NCBI RefSeq assembly: GCF_009914755.1
Contig: NC_060936.1
Direction: 5' to 3' (one strand)
Length of the DNA stretch: 64,000 bases
Origin: the human T2T-CHM13v2.0 reference genome, Homo sapiens
In this document: positions 44,726-57,660 of the stretch, piece after piece
Layout: each line of letters starts with the position of its first letter
Position numbering within the stretch: the first letter of the stretch is position 1
Position numbers and translations under genes: made by a program
Notes under the pieces: generated by a model
Database searches by the model: none
What the model was told of the DNA's origin: nothing
What the model saw: only the letters and a program-made list of their open reading frames with translations

Positions 44726-45024
44726 GTGGTAGGTAGAATAAAGGTCCCTCAAAGACATCCACGTCCTAATCCCAGGAACCTGTGGGTAAGTTATCCTGCA
44801 TGGCAAAGGGGACTTTGCAGATGGGACTAAGTCAGGAAAATAAAACAAGAGGATTATCCTGGATTATCTAGGTGGGCTCATTGTAATCTGCAAGGGTGCT
44901 TAAGAGTGGAAGAGGGAGGTAGGAGTGGAGCCGGGACCTACAAAGCTATGAGATAAAAAATGTGTGTTGGGTTAAACCACTAAGTTTGTGGTGATTTGCT
45001 ACAGAACCAATAGAAAACGAATCT
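44726..45024 (+). mobile_element. MLT1C/D LTR (internally deleted)
   Basis: tgtggtaggtagaataa...ggcaaaggggactttgcagatg...ccactaagtttgtggtgatttg. Confidence 0.8.
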
Positions 45025-45143
45025 AGAAGACAACTATAAACGAACAGTGGCACCCATCTTCATGGTCATAGGAATTTGTGGGGAAACACATTTAGCGTCT
45101 GTAGGTAGAAATGGTGCAGGCCAACGCTGAGGTGGAGTTGTGC

Positions 45144-45331
45144 CAGGCCTGTGGCTAACATGCAACCCACCTTCATGTTGATTAGAAATAAGTGTCCTTG
45201 TATCCAGGCCAGTGCAGTCTCATGGCGACCAGCACAGCTCCCTGACCAGAATGTAGACTGGCCCTCAGCTCCACCAGCACAAAGCGCACTTGAGGCATGC
45301 ACAACCTGAACAACCGTACACGACAGCCCTG
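45144..45331 (-). mobile_element. MER91A-like hAT element (left arm of the inverted repeat)
   Basis: Termini caggcctg...cagccctg; length and motifs resemble MER91A (tttctaat, ttgtgca). Confidence 0.65.
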
Positions 45332-45722
45332 CAAGGGAAGCACACCCGTCTTAATCCAGGAAGGCCATTTCTCTGTGTACAGATGAAGAAATTTAATCTA
45401 CATTCTAAAAAGAAGGGTGTGTTCTGCTTCTTAAGTGATGTGACATCGTCATTCTGTGCTCTCTTTCATATTTGACACATGGATTCTTCATGTGTCTCTT
45501 TAAAAGTCTGCACTGAAGTTACACAGAAATGACATTCCAAGTATTTCATAAATGTTGCTTCTTCATTTGCCTTTTTTTGGGTAAAAACTGGCAGAAAATC
45601 TAAGCAATTTAAAAATTAGAAATTTATTTAATAAAATTTTAATAAAATTAATAAAAATATTTAACATTAATAATATATTTAATAAAATCATATTTTGATA
45701 AAATATTTAATAAATATTTCCG

Positions 45723-45774
45723 TATGGGAAACACAGAATATGGGAAACACAGAATATGGGAAACACAGAATATG
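45723..45774. repeat. 16-bp x3 tandem repeat (tatgggaaacacagaa) flanked by AT-rich low-complexity sequence
   Basis: Three exact copies plus a partial copy. Confidence 0.95.
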
Positions 45775-45992
45775 AGGCCCACAGAAATGTGTCCAGTGTG
45801 ATTCAATGTCTCCCTGGAAAAATAATTTTTTAAATTTTAATATTTTATTAAATTAAAATAATAAAATAGTTAACATATTTAATAAAATAAAATATTTAAT
45901 AAAATTGTTGGTTTTATCAAAATCTAAAAGACCCAGAGGTGTCAAAACTTAGGATCCAAGAACTCTAGCAATGCCATCTCTTGTGGCCCTCG

Positions 45993-46174
45993 CAGGGCTG
46001 TCATGTATGGTTGTTCAAGTTGTGAATGTCTCAAGTGCGCTCGTGCTGGTGGAGCTGAAGTCCAGTCTACATTCCGGTCAGTGAGCCGTGCTGGTCGCCA
46101 TGAGACTGCACTGGCCTGGATACAAGGACAATTATTTCTAATCAACACGAAGGTGCGTTGTGTGTTAGCTGCAG
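45993..46174 (+). mobile_element. MER91A-like copy (right arm, inverted duplicate)
   Basis: cagggctgtcatgtatggttgttc...; about 89% identical to the reverse complement of 45149-45337. Confidence 0.65.
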
Positions 46175-47113
46175 AGATTTCCTTCAAAATCAATGGATTT
46201 CTTATGAGGGTAGCTCACTCCTGCTAGGGCCCCTGAGCAGCTCCAGGTTGATCCCCTGCCCCTGCCAAGGACAAGTCCAGTGAAAACGAAGTCTTCTTTC
46301 CCTTAAAGAGATTCAGATCTGGGGGCTGATGATCATTAGCCCAAACTGGGTCCTGTGTGCAATATTAAGCCAATTGCAGTGGTCAGGGAGATGGAACAGG
46401 CAAAGTGGCCAGGCTGGGTCACCAAGGCTGGGTCACATGCCCACCTGACCCTGGGGATGGACTCAGTCTCACCCATGTCCCTGGACCACTGCAGGGTCCA
46501 GGGAGGGGAGGGGAAGGGGGCTCCCCAGAGGACATGGAGGAACGAGCTGACGCCTAACAAAACATTCACGTCTGGTGCCCATGTTACCATGAAAGCTTTC
46601 TTCCCAGTTAAAGTCAATAAAACCTTTACTGGCCAGTTGTCCTTATTTTATTCTTTCTGATGTAGCTTCACACGTTTATATTTTGGTCTTTTTGGAAATT
46701 GGTTTACTTATGAAGGCCTTTTATGGAGAAAGTGGGGAGAAAAAGGAAGAAAGTGATATTTACTGGGTTTTTGCAAATGTCAGACACTTTGATTTATTAT
46801 GTTATTCAATGCTCACCATGATACTGTGGTGTTTTATTATCCTCATTTTATAGGTTAAAAAAATGATAACCCAGCAGAGCCATTTGCCGGCTTTCCCTCT
46901 TACTAGCTGTGTAGCTTGGGCAAATCATTTAACCATTTTTATCCTCAATTTCTTCATTTATAATATGGGGATAACAACAGTAGCTGCCTCACACAGTTGT
47001 TGGAAGAATTATACAAGTTATTCCATGTGATGCTCAATACGTTTTAGTTAGTATATTATTAATACTAATATTTTCAGAAATGATCATCTATCTTAATAAG
47101 AAAGCCACCCACG

Positions 47114-47428
47114 GGCTGGGTATGGTGGCTCATGCCTGTAATCCCAGCACATTGGGAAGCCAAGGCAGACAGATTGCTTGATCCCAGGAGTTTGAGACCA
47201 GCCTGGGAAACATGGCGAGACCTCCTCTCTACAAAAAAAATGAAAAAAGAAAAAAAGCTGGGTGTAGTGGCGCATTCCTGTACCTGTAGTCCCAGCTACT
47301 TGGGGGGCTGAGTGGGAGAATCACTTGAGCCCAGGAGGTGGAGGCTGCAGTGAGCCGAGATCGCACGACTACACTACAGCCTGGGTGACAGAGTGAGACC
47401 CTGTCTCAAAAAAACAAAACAAAACAAA
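47114..47428 (+). mobile_element. AluJ
   Basis: AluJ diagnostics (gcttgatcccaggagtttgag, ggctgcagtgag, gaccctgtctc). Confidence 0.93.
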
Positions 47429-50400
47429 CCTATCCAAAGCTGCCTGCATACTCCAGAGGTAACCTAAAAAATAAAGAGGTGAAAATTGTTACATCCAATT
47501 CAGCTCAGTAATATAAAAATACATTTCCTTGAATGGAAAAAAATATTCTGGAATCTAAATACAACAGAACTAGAGGCATACTGTGCTTGTACAGCACAAT
47601 AAGAAAATGATTTATCTGTCAGTAGCTCCTGTCTATAAAGTTCTGAATTCATATGAGTGACAGATGCAGGGAAACCCTGTTTATTTTTCTAGGGAGACAC
47701 TGAATCACACGGGACACATTTCTGGCCTTGAGAAATGGCCAATTGTTTCCCATATGGAAAACTCTTCTGTAAGTGCTGAATTCCATAAACATCAGGTAGC
47801 TGAGACACTTTGAAAATGAGTCAGTAAATTAGTTATTCGACCAGAAAGTGCCTATTTCAGGGCCTTCAGCTCCGCAGTGAAGCATTTGCTTTAGACAGTA
47901 ACCATCATCACCTTAAACTTTTGATTAAATGTTATGCCTCTCTGTGACAAGTTTATTTCACCCTGACAGAGAAAATATCTGGTTCTAAGCTTAGGAGAGT
48001 CTCTTAAAAATAGGGCTTTTGTGGCTCACTTGTTTGTTTACTGACTTCTTCAAAGCTATTTAACGGCTGGAATTTGCCATTCAAATTTTATGAGTGATCT
48101 GGGTGCCTTATTCCGCTTTAAAATAAAAATCTCAAGCGGGCCATTAAAGACTCAAGATCAAGAATACAGTAAACGTTCTGATAGAACCAAGTCTCGGAGT
48201 TGCCCTAAGCGTGGAAGGGATTCATGTCAGACACACAACACACCATTATTTAGAAATGTGGTTTCTAAATAATCAATAAAACCTTGCACGCAGGAATGGT
48301 GTCTTTCCCTGGTGTCAGGCTAACTACAACAAAGTTCTAAACTCAAATAAAATACTGGAGTGACACAGCAACATTCCTAGTAACTCACACGGATGGACCA
48401 GAAAATGTGTTATTCTTATACACTCTACCTTTCAGTCATTACTCAAGAAATTCACGGAGAGGCAGAACATTCCCATTCTGACTGATTCCTAAATATTCAA
48501 CATTTGCACTCACTCACTTAAGGATTCTAGAACCTGCCCAGTATTGCTTGGTTGGAGCATTTTCTTCAGTAAATACTGGAAAAAATGAATATAAGTAATG
48601 CCAACAATTTGCCAAAGTCTTAAAAAGCTGAAAAATTCTTCTGATTGAATTACTTTCAAAGGCAGCCTGTTCATCATTTTGTGAATGTTAAGATACGGAG
48701 GTTACCTATGCTTGCTCTGAAATGATGACAGTGCCGTGGCTGGGCCGTCTAGGGAGACGTTGGCACAATCTGGTTTACAGAAAGGGGCTGCAGATGTACC
48801 TCCTACATTAGACCTCCACTCCAGACACACCTCCCCAGTCATCGTCTCCGAATTTCTGCCAGCAATGAACAGAGAGAATCTGCTTAACAAAGCACTGTGA
48901 TGCTTTCTCACTTCTAGATCTGGGATTCCACAGAGATGATAATCAACGTATCAATAATCAATAATCATTAATCACCTATAAATCAATAATCAACTCATCT
49001 AACAGAGATGAACTGAGTGGCGTCCCAGCCTGAGGGAAGGCAGTCTGCCCAGCTGAAGGAGGTAGAAAGGTATTCTACACCATGGGCACTGCCCTCCAGG
49101 AGCTGACAGCCAGGTCATGGCTTCAGAGGTGAGGAATCACTGCAGGGGAAGATGGGGCCGCATCTGCGTGTGGAGGGACCACAGGTGCAGAGAAGTCCCC
49201 TGAGGACATGGCATTTGAGCCGGACATTGGCATTCAGTTAGGATAGGTATTGGGGAGGGGTTTTTGAGGGTGATAAGTGAGTAAAGGGGTAGAGTTCAGG
49301 GACATGGGGCCATGAGGGAAGGTGGGCACGTGTGTTTTCATCCTACTTGTACCGTTACAAAGGATAGCCACTCGTGACTTCAGGAGGCTGGCCCGGTGTT
49401 CCCTCTCATCACCAAGTCATCAGATCCACGTCCAGGACTGCCTGTCCACCAAGGAATCCAACCACAAGAGGGTCCTATCTGGATGTGCTTTGTGCTGAAT
49501 TTTATGGGATGCAAAAAAGGGTGGGATGCCTTAACGGGGTCTTTCTCTTGGTGCCCAGAAATACCCACATTGTGGTGATACAAACAAGAACCTAATTATG
49601 CTCCTGCCCAGAAGGGGGAAGCTTCACCAATGCTAGCAGGTCCTTGAAACTAGCTCCCGGGGTCACCTGGGAGGGGCCAGTGGGCAGAGGATGTGCTGCT
49701 GGCGCTCTAGGTGAGCAGCCCGTCCTCACCAAGCCCGTCCTCTCCCTGAGCCTTCCCGTTGATCTCCTCTGAGAACCTGGAGTCCAGGACTGCCTGCTGG
49801 GGGCTTCAATGACAGATGACCATAGGGGCATGGGAGGCAGACAAGCAGAAGCTCTGCCCCATGTGGATCCTGCATGTACGGACCCTCTGAACAGAGTCCT
49901 GGGGTTATCACCCATGGGCCTAATCCCAGAGAACCGACCCCAGCAAATCCATCCCATTAGAGAGCACATCTGGCCAGCCAGCTTCCAAGCGGGCTCTCCC
50001 ACCCATCACCAGCCAGTTGGCCATACCTCCTATGCAGAAGGTATAAAGCCTACTTCTCAGATGTGGGTCCCGGGAAACCCAATCTTCTTAATTTGTCTAT
50101 AACCACAACTTAATTGCCCATGTAAATTTTAATCCTGCAGCATGGAGTAAACTTAATTTCAGTCACTTTGCAGTTCCCTGCCTCACTGCTGTGGCCAGCT
50201 AAATGGTGGGTGTGTTGGAGGTGGAGTGCCCAAGAGCCCATATGACAGAAAACCTACTTAGGTCCCACGCTGCTTTTCCTGTCACTAATCTTATCAATTT
50301 TCCCTCCTCCCATATCAATAAGCCATTAGTTTCCTAACTCCTCCTTTCCAATGAGAAACTGTGGGCTCCTGAAGCGCAGGCTGCTGCAGACGCACAATCT

Positions 50401-50876
50401 GTTGTCAGAACCTATCCGGGTTGGGCCAAGGGAGCCACTGGCTTGTGGCTGTGCCTCTGGTACAAGTCGAAATACCAACTGCCTGTCACTCTTCCCCAGC
50501 TGGTGCCACCCCAACCTGGGCCTGCTGCAAGCCCCCGTCACATCGGTGTGAAATTCCCACGGCTTTCCCAAATCGAACCCCAGCACTGGAATTCTAAGAT
50601 GGGAGAAGGCGAAGAACACCGAACATCTTCTTGGAGATTACAGAAAGGCCTAGTCCTCTGTCTCTGGGTTGGGATTCTGGACACCAGGACACAGACCTAA
50701 GCTGCTTCTCCCAGTTGTGTTAGGTGTAACTGGCTTCTATCCAGGCTCCGTCGGCCTTTCTCAATGTCAAACCTGCTGGGTCCCCAAGGTGAGCACTGTG
50801 GCTCTGTGAATCATGGTCCTGCTGGAGAACCAGAGTGATGACCATATTCCTGGTTGTTTTCATCAATCCTGGCTCC

Positions 50877-51190
50877 TTTTTCTTTTTTTCTTTTTTTTTT
50901 TTTTTTGAGATGGGGTCTTGCTCTGTCACTCAGCCTGGAGTGCAGTGGTGTGATCTCAGTTCACTGCAACCTCTGCTTCTCAGATTCAAGAGATTCTCCT
51001 GCCTCAGCCTCCCGAGTATCTGAGACTACAGGCATGTGACACCACATCCAGCTAATTTTTTTGTATTTTTAGTAGAGATGGGGTTTCACCATGTTGGCTA
51101 GGCTGGTCTTGAACTCCTGACCTCAAGTGATCCGCCCACCTCAGCCTCCCAAAGTGCTGAGATTACAGGTGTAAGCCACTGTGCCCGGCC
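50877..51190 (-). mobile_element. AluS
   Basis: Full antisense Alu; TSD atcctggct. Confidence 0.95.
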
Positions 51191-51489
51191 GATCCTGGCT
51201 ATTTCCAATGACCCTCTGTGCCAGGTAAGTGAGATGAATTTAAGTGGTCTCTGGAAACGGCTTAACATGGACTGATAGGAAATAAAAATCCCTTTTCAAT
51301 TACTTTTCCGTCACTCTGTTTAAGTCTAGGAGAATGTTACAGTTTCGTGCTAATATGTTTTTAATGCTTCCCCGACATTTGCTAATCTTTCATATAACAG
51401 AAGATGGAGAAGCTCGGCATTTTGTCTAGACAATAGCAGCCAGCTCTTTAGTACCTCTGCGTTCTGGGACTGGTTTTCAGTGACCATGT

Positions 51490-51960
51490 TGGTAGCTCTG
51501 TCTGTCCATGCAGTCGCTCTCTCTGCCCCTCCTCCGCCCTGCTCTGCACCCAGGAAGCCGTCCTCTATTGATGTATCACCCGGGCCCTTTGCTCTCTGGC
51601 TTCCAGTTGGGTGTGGCCAATGAGAGGAACCAGCAGGCTGTCACAGGACTAGCGGACAAAGAGGTCGGATATTTCTCTCCCCTCCTGAGGTTTTGGCCAC
51701 CATTGCAGACCCCAGAAATCTCAGCTGCTGCCAACAGTCCTTCCTCCATGGCTCTGTCCTCACTGGGGTCTGTGATGCAGCTCCCTGACCTTGTCCCGAC
51801 CCTTGCTCACAGGGCTAACAGCCCCTCTTGTTGCTGGTCTCTGGATACCTCACAGTCCTTCTTATCTTCTTTAATCCTGTCAACATCTCGTCTCTCAAAG
51901 TAGTCCTTTTATTGAAGCTGTGGTCAGTTCTGTCCATGCCAGGAGCCAGCACAATGGAGT
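51490..51960 (+). mobile_element. LTR33-like ERVL LTR
   Basis: ccctgctctgcaccc...ctctctggcttccagttgggtgtggccaatgagagg. Confidence 0.55.
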
Positions 51961-52025
51961 TACCATCCCTTGGTGACAAAGGTGGACAGAGACACAAAAT
52001 ACAATGTGGTTTTCCTTTTCCAAGT

Positions 52026-53033
52026 GTGCCAAGCTGCATAACGCCTGCCCTCCACTACCAAGATGTCCATATTCTAATGAATTCCAGAACCGGTGACTAT
52101 GTCACTTACCCCTTAAATGGAACTTTGCAGATGTGATTATGTCAAGACGGGGGAGATTACTCTGTATTATCTGGGTGGGTCCAATAACATCACCAGGGAC
52201 TTTATAAGAAGGAGACAGGAAAGTCAGAGTCAGAGGAGGAGATGTCACGTTTGAGTAGAAGGCACATTTGAGATGACTATGCCCAAGACAGCGGGGGCTT
52301 CATCAGCCTGGGTCCCTGAATGTTTCTGTAGAGCCAACTATCATTAGATATGCACCTTGAGCAAGCAACACTGCTCTTCATTTGCTGTGGTACAACTATC
52401 CTTGATGACGAAGGTTGGAAGCCCATCCCATGAGAGAGATTTGAAGACGAATGCTACAGGTACTGAAGATGGAAGAAAGGAACAGGAGACACAGAACATG
52501 GGTGGCTTTAAAGGCTGGAAGAAAAGAAGGAAACAGATTCTCCCCTAAAGATGCTAGAAAGACACAATCCATTTGACACCTGTACTTTATCCCAGGGAGA
52601 GTGGCTTTGGACTTTTGGCTTGCAGAACTGTAAGGTAATACATTTGTGCTATTTTTTTGTTTTTTGTTTCTGTTTTTGTTTTTGTTTTGAGATGGAGTCT
52701 CGCTCTTGTCGCCCAGGTTGGAGTACAGTGGCGTGATCTCGGCTCACCGCAACCCCCGCCTCCCTGGTTCGAGCGATTCTCCTGCCTCAGCCTCCTGAGT
52801 AGCTGGGATTACAAGCACCCATCACCGTGCCTGGCTAATTTTTGTACTTTTAGTAGAGACGGGGTTTTGCCATGTTGGCCAGGCTGCTCTCGAACTCCTG
52901 ACCTCAGATGATCTGCCTGCCTTGGCCTCCTAAAGTGCTGGGATTACAGGCATGAGCCACCGTGCCTGGCCTTGTGCTGTTTTAAGCTACTAAGTTTGTG
53001 GCAATTTCTTACAGCGGCAATAGGAAATTATAC
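52026..53033 (+). mobile_element. MLT1D-like LTR containing an Alu and a templated insert
   Basis: gaactttgcagatgtgatta...ctaagtttgtggcaatttcttacagcggcaataggaaattataca. Confidence 0.8.
52655..52971 (-). mobile_element. AluS
   Basis: Full antisense Alu; TSD ttgtgctatttt/ttgtgctgtttt. Confidence 0.95.
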
Positions 53034-53464
53034 AGCTAGGCACACGGGAAGATAGCATTGTGAAGTCTCCCCTCCAGCTAGGTTGGGGATCATGTGCCTC
53101 ACTTCTAATCAATGAGCTATTGATGAAAGTGATAGAAACTACTTCCAGGCCTGGCCCCAGAGCCCCTGGGCTACCCTCTGGTTGTCTCTTCCCTACTCCA
53201 GTAAGCACAGAATCCACATTTGAGATAAGTGTGCCCAAGACAGTGGAGGCTTCATCAGCCTGGGTCCCTGAATGTTTCTGTGGAATCGACCACAATTAGA
53301 TATGCATCATTGGCAAGAGACGTGGCTTTTCATTTACTGTGGTGTAAAGGCACAAGTATCCTTTAATAAGCTCATTACAGTTAAAAAGTCAATTTAAGGA
53401 AACAAAGTAAACAATGGTACAACGAGTCCATCATTCACTATGTATTTCTATATGCCTACAGATA

Positions 53465-53660
53465 GTGTGCTAATAAGCCTGCTATCTGGAAACAAAAAAT
53501 AAAAAATAAAAGCTCACTAATTTGTAGCATTTTCCAAGTTCTGTAGTGTAAATACCATCACTGTGACTTGTTTCAGTCAATGTTGGTGATGCCACCGAAC
53601 TTGGATTTGGCAAGAAAGGCACACCATTGGCTCTCATGCCATGATAAGCTCTCCCCAGCC
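53465..53660. mobile_element. MER63-like hAT fragment
   Basis: aatttgtagcattttcc...gtgtaaatacc...cattggctctcatg. Confidence 0.55.
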
Positions 53661-53905
53661 TATCTATTAAGTGCTAGGTGTTGGGAATACAGCAGTGAGC
53701 AGACTCAACCCTCACCTTCATGGGACTTACACTGCAGAGAAGGTGTTACAAGGCAAATAGTTTCACAGTGTACATATGTGTGCCAATATATGTATAATCA
53801 CATGCACACATAACAGGCAATAGTAAGAGTGGTAAGGACAAGATTTGGGGAGATAAAGAGAAATGGAGAACCACTATTTTATTTCCAATGGATAAGGCAG
53901 GCATC

Positions 53906-54465
53906 TGCACAGAAAAGTTAACACAGCAGACCAGAGACTGCTTTCCTTGGAAAGGCTCCTTGCAAGGTTGGCCCTTGGCTGACGTCTGGGAACCTGGCTG
54001 GTAAGTGGTTTTCTATGTTAATAAAAAATTTCCCTAAATGATAAGAGTGGTTCTCAATGTGCACAGGCTTTTTGCACAATATTTTCTATGCAGATGCAGG
54101 TCCAGACATACACTTGCCTTCTCAGAGTCTGGGATTTTGATACTTACCAGGTAGAGGATATGCATGTCACCAGTCCCCAGTAAAAACTTGGGTGCTGAGC
54201 CTCTGATGAGCTTCCCTGATAGACAACACTTCATAGGTGCTGTCTCAACTCATTGCTAGAAGAATTAAAGGCCTCCTGTGTGGCTCCATGGGAAGAGACT
54301 CTTGGGAGCTTGGGCCTGGTTTCCCATGGATCCCCCATGCACTTTTTCCCCTTGCTGACTGTGCTTAAATCCTTTCACTGTAATAAATCACAGCCATGAG
54401 TACGGCCCCAGGAGTCCTTCCAATGAATCCCCAAAGCTGAGGGTGGACTTGGGACCCTGGACACA
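53906..54465 (+). mobile_element. MER68-like ERVL LTR nested in an L2
   Basis: tgcacagaaaagttaacacagcag...gggaccctggacaca; TSD gcatc/gtgtc (both derivable from gcgtc by CpG decay). L2 sequence lies on both sides. Confidence 0.75.
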
Positions 54466-55308
54466 GTGTCCCTGAGGAGGTAACATTTGAAAAGAGACCC
54501 AGATAAAGCTAGGAGGTGGCCATGTAAATACTGCAGGAGGTGCATTTGGATTGGGGGAACAGCAAGAGCAAAGGTCCTGAGGCAGGAACAGCCTCAGCTC
54601 ATGAAAGGCATGGTAAAAAGAGAATGTGTGTGGAGGGAAAAGAAGAGGGGAGATGGGGTCAGAGACATGGTCATGGGCCAGATCACAAAGGGTCTGTGGA
54701 CCATGGTGAAGACGCTGGGCTTTAATCTACATGTGATTATAGAGCCAGAGAGTGAAGGGATTGAATTTATGACTTGAAAGATTGTCTTGCTGCTGTGTGC
54801 AGGACGGTAGACAGAGGGGTGAGGGTAAAGTGGGGAGCACAGTTAGGAGGCAACTGCAGTAATGAATCCAAGTGAGTGCTACCAGTAGCAAGAGTTAGCA
54901 TGGAGTCCTGGGGGTGATAAGTCACCAACTGTAGCAAGTTCACAGAAGCAGGTCTGAGAAGCTCTCTTAGCTGATACACCTGCTAAGAACAGGAGTTCCG
55001 TTCCCAACTCTGGCCCTGAATAGCAGCTTCCCTGTCTATCAAGTGAGAGGAGTGAGCTATAGCAGGGATACTCAACTGTGGCTGTGTGCTGGACAGTTAT
55101 AAAGAAATACTAGTGCCTCCCCACCTCAGTGTGGATTTATTTGCTATGGGTGCTATGGGCATGGTCCAAACACCAGAATTTTTAAAAATTCCCAGATGAT
55201 TCTAAAGCATAGTTAGGACAGACACCCATGAATTAGATGATCTCTAAAGTTCCATTGTAGATTTTTTATTTTGATGTATGATTGTCCCTATTTTGGTGAC
55301 TTGACAAA

Positions 55309-55686
55309 TGTCTTAGTCCATTTTCTGCTGCTATAATAGAATACCATACACTGGGAATCTGTAAGAATAGAAGTTTATATGGCTTATGGTTCCGGAGGTT
55401 GGGAAGTTCAAGAGCATGGCACTGGCATCCTGCCAGGATCTCTGTGCTGTGTCATAACATGGTGGAAGGGCAAGAGAGCACCAAGGTGGAGAGAAAAATG
55501 AGGGCTGGATTTCATCCTTCTGTAAGGAGCCCGTTCCCAAGATAACTAACCCACTTTCACGACAATGGTACCAATCCATTCATGAAGGCAGAGCCCTCAT
55601 GATCTAATCACCTCTTAAAGGTCCCACCTCTTAATGCTGTCACAAAATTCGACATGAATTTTGTAGAAAATATTCAAACCATAGAA
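55309..55686 (-). mobile_element. MLT1A/MST-type LTR
   Basis: tgtcttagtccattttctgctgctataa...attcaaaccatag. Confidence 0.8.
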
Positions 55687-57455
55687 ATGACCAAAATTAA
55701 CACTAAAAAGAAAGGAAGAAAGGGCATATATCCCAGGTCAGAGAGAGGGCAAGAGGGAGAGCTGGAAAGAAGAGTGGGTCTCTCCTCCCTCTCTCATGAG
55801 CTTCCTGATGACTTTCATTGCTAAGATCCAGTTACCCAGCATGAGAAATTTTCTTCCGAGGTGATTTACAGTCAAATTAATGATTCAAATGTGGAATGTG
55901 AAGTGTGGGTGGATTAATAGGTATCACTGGAAGAAAATGTGAAATAGCAACCTTAAAAGCCTTACATATATTTTGAATGATGAAAAAAAAATGCTAAGCT
56001 TACTGAGCAAAAGCAAGGAAAAAAGAGACCCCTATTAACATTGCAGACAGCTAACCCTGCATACGTTTATACAATCTCCCTACCCTCCCACTACCATCCT
56101 TTTCAATCAGGAAATTACGTTCTTTTCTGATCACCGGCTGTATCCAGCTTTTCTCTACCAGGTCCATTATGCTGTCTCTATTTTTGCATCTCTTTGTATT
56201 GCATGTTAAAAAATATTTTTAAAAAGAGTGAGAAGCTAGAAGGATGGAGACCCCATTGACGGTACTGGGTTGGGGGAGCAGGAGGGTCCCTCAAGAATGT
56301 CCCACATCAATCCATCATGAAACAGAATATAGACACTGAATATAAAGAATGCAATAGGATAATAAATCAGGGGTGAAATCCATCAGCACAGAAAGTTCCT
56401 TAAAACCAGGACAGAAATAAAATAAACTGTATTTTATTTAATGCCTTATCAATGACAGAAATTCACATCTATTTTTCTTGTTTCCAAATTCATTTGCCAA
56501 CACATTTTGCTTCTGAGTGAGAACAGCATATTTTCACTCCTTAATCTGAGTAATTATAATTAATGGGGTGTCCACTCAGTTTTGCCTGGAAATTCTTTCT
56601 TCTAGAACAATCAGCCACTTTCTCTTTTGAGAACTCAACCACACAGCACAACTCAGTAAGGAACTGGGGAATATGAACAAAAAAGCAGCCTGCAGGGCGT
56701 GAGTCTCATTTAGAATTTCCAAGGGCTGAGCAGTAATGGCTCTTTTAATTTTGGGAGTAAATTCCGTTTCCCCAGGTTCAGGCTCTGGCCATGTGGAAGG
56801 AAAAATATTTCATTTCAAATCCTTCTTTGTCTTACCTTCTAATGATTAAACCCCAGGGTTTCCTTCACCTGGTAAAGGGGCTTCTGTAGTTGCGAAGAGG
56901 GAGAAACGCAGCCCTGGTTCTTGGCCATCCCAAGAGGAAACAGACATTGCCCAAACTCAGTGCTTCGGAAGAAACCAAGGTAGATTGTGGCAGCCCCTCA
57001 TGTCTTCATGTACTCCTTTTTCACAATGTCCTCATTGCCCACAGCAGATATTACCAGCTGAAGGCCCCTGAGCTCAATCTGGCTCCAAAGCTTGTTTTAT
57101 CTGACTTTGCGGGGTGTTATTTAAATTTATAATTCGTTTTTAATGCCAGTATTTATAAAACAAAAGATTTTATGTAAAAATCTTGACTTAAGCTTTCATT
57201 TAAAACATTTCAAGATTTGTTAAATCTGTCAATCCATTTCCATATTGCAAAAATCAACAGAATAGCACCCTTTAGGGCATGAACTCACTAATTTGCCACA
57301 GTCTCTACCCAGCCCTTATGCCTCATTTGTATTACCTGTTTTCCACCACAGACATTTTATTTTTAAAACATCTCTGGACCATAGAGTCACTGGCAAAAAC
57401 ACTTAGCTCAATATAATACAGTTCTATTCCCTTGTATATGCTTAATAACTCAGTC

Positions 57456-57660
57456 CAGGGTTTCTCAACCTTGACGCTACTGACATTTTTGACCAGATAA
57501 TTATTTGTTGTGACAGTACTGTTCTATGCATTGCAGAAAACTTAGCATCATCTTTGGCCTCTAGTCAATACATGTTAGTAGCACCCCAGTCATGACAATC
57601 AAAATGTCTCCAGACGTTGCCCCCAGAAAGCAAAATCACTCCCAGATGAAAAAACCCTGG
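57456..57660 (-). mobile_element. MER20
   Basis: cagggtttctcaaccttgacgctactgacattt...aaaatgtctccagacgttgcc. Confidence 0.85.

Noticed and set aside
45723-45774. CRISPR-like appearance of short repeats
   Set aside because: The repeats are head-to-tail with no spacers, the DNA is eukaryotic, and there are no cas genes.
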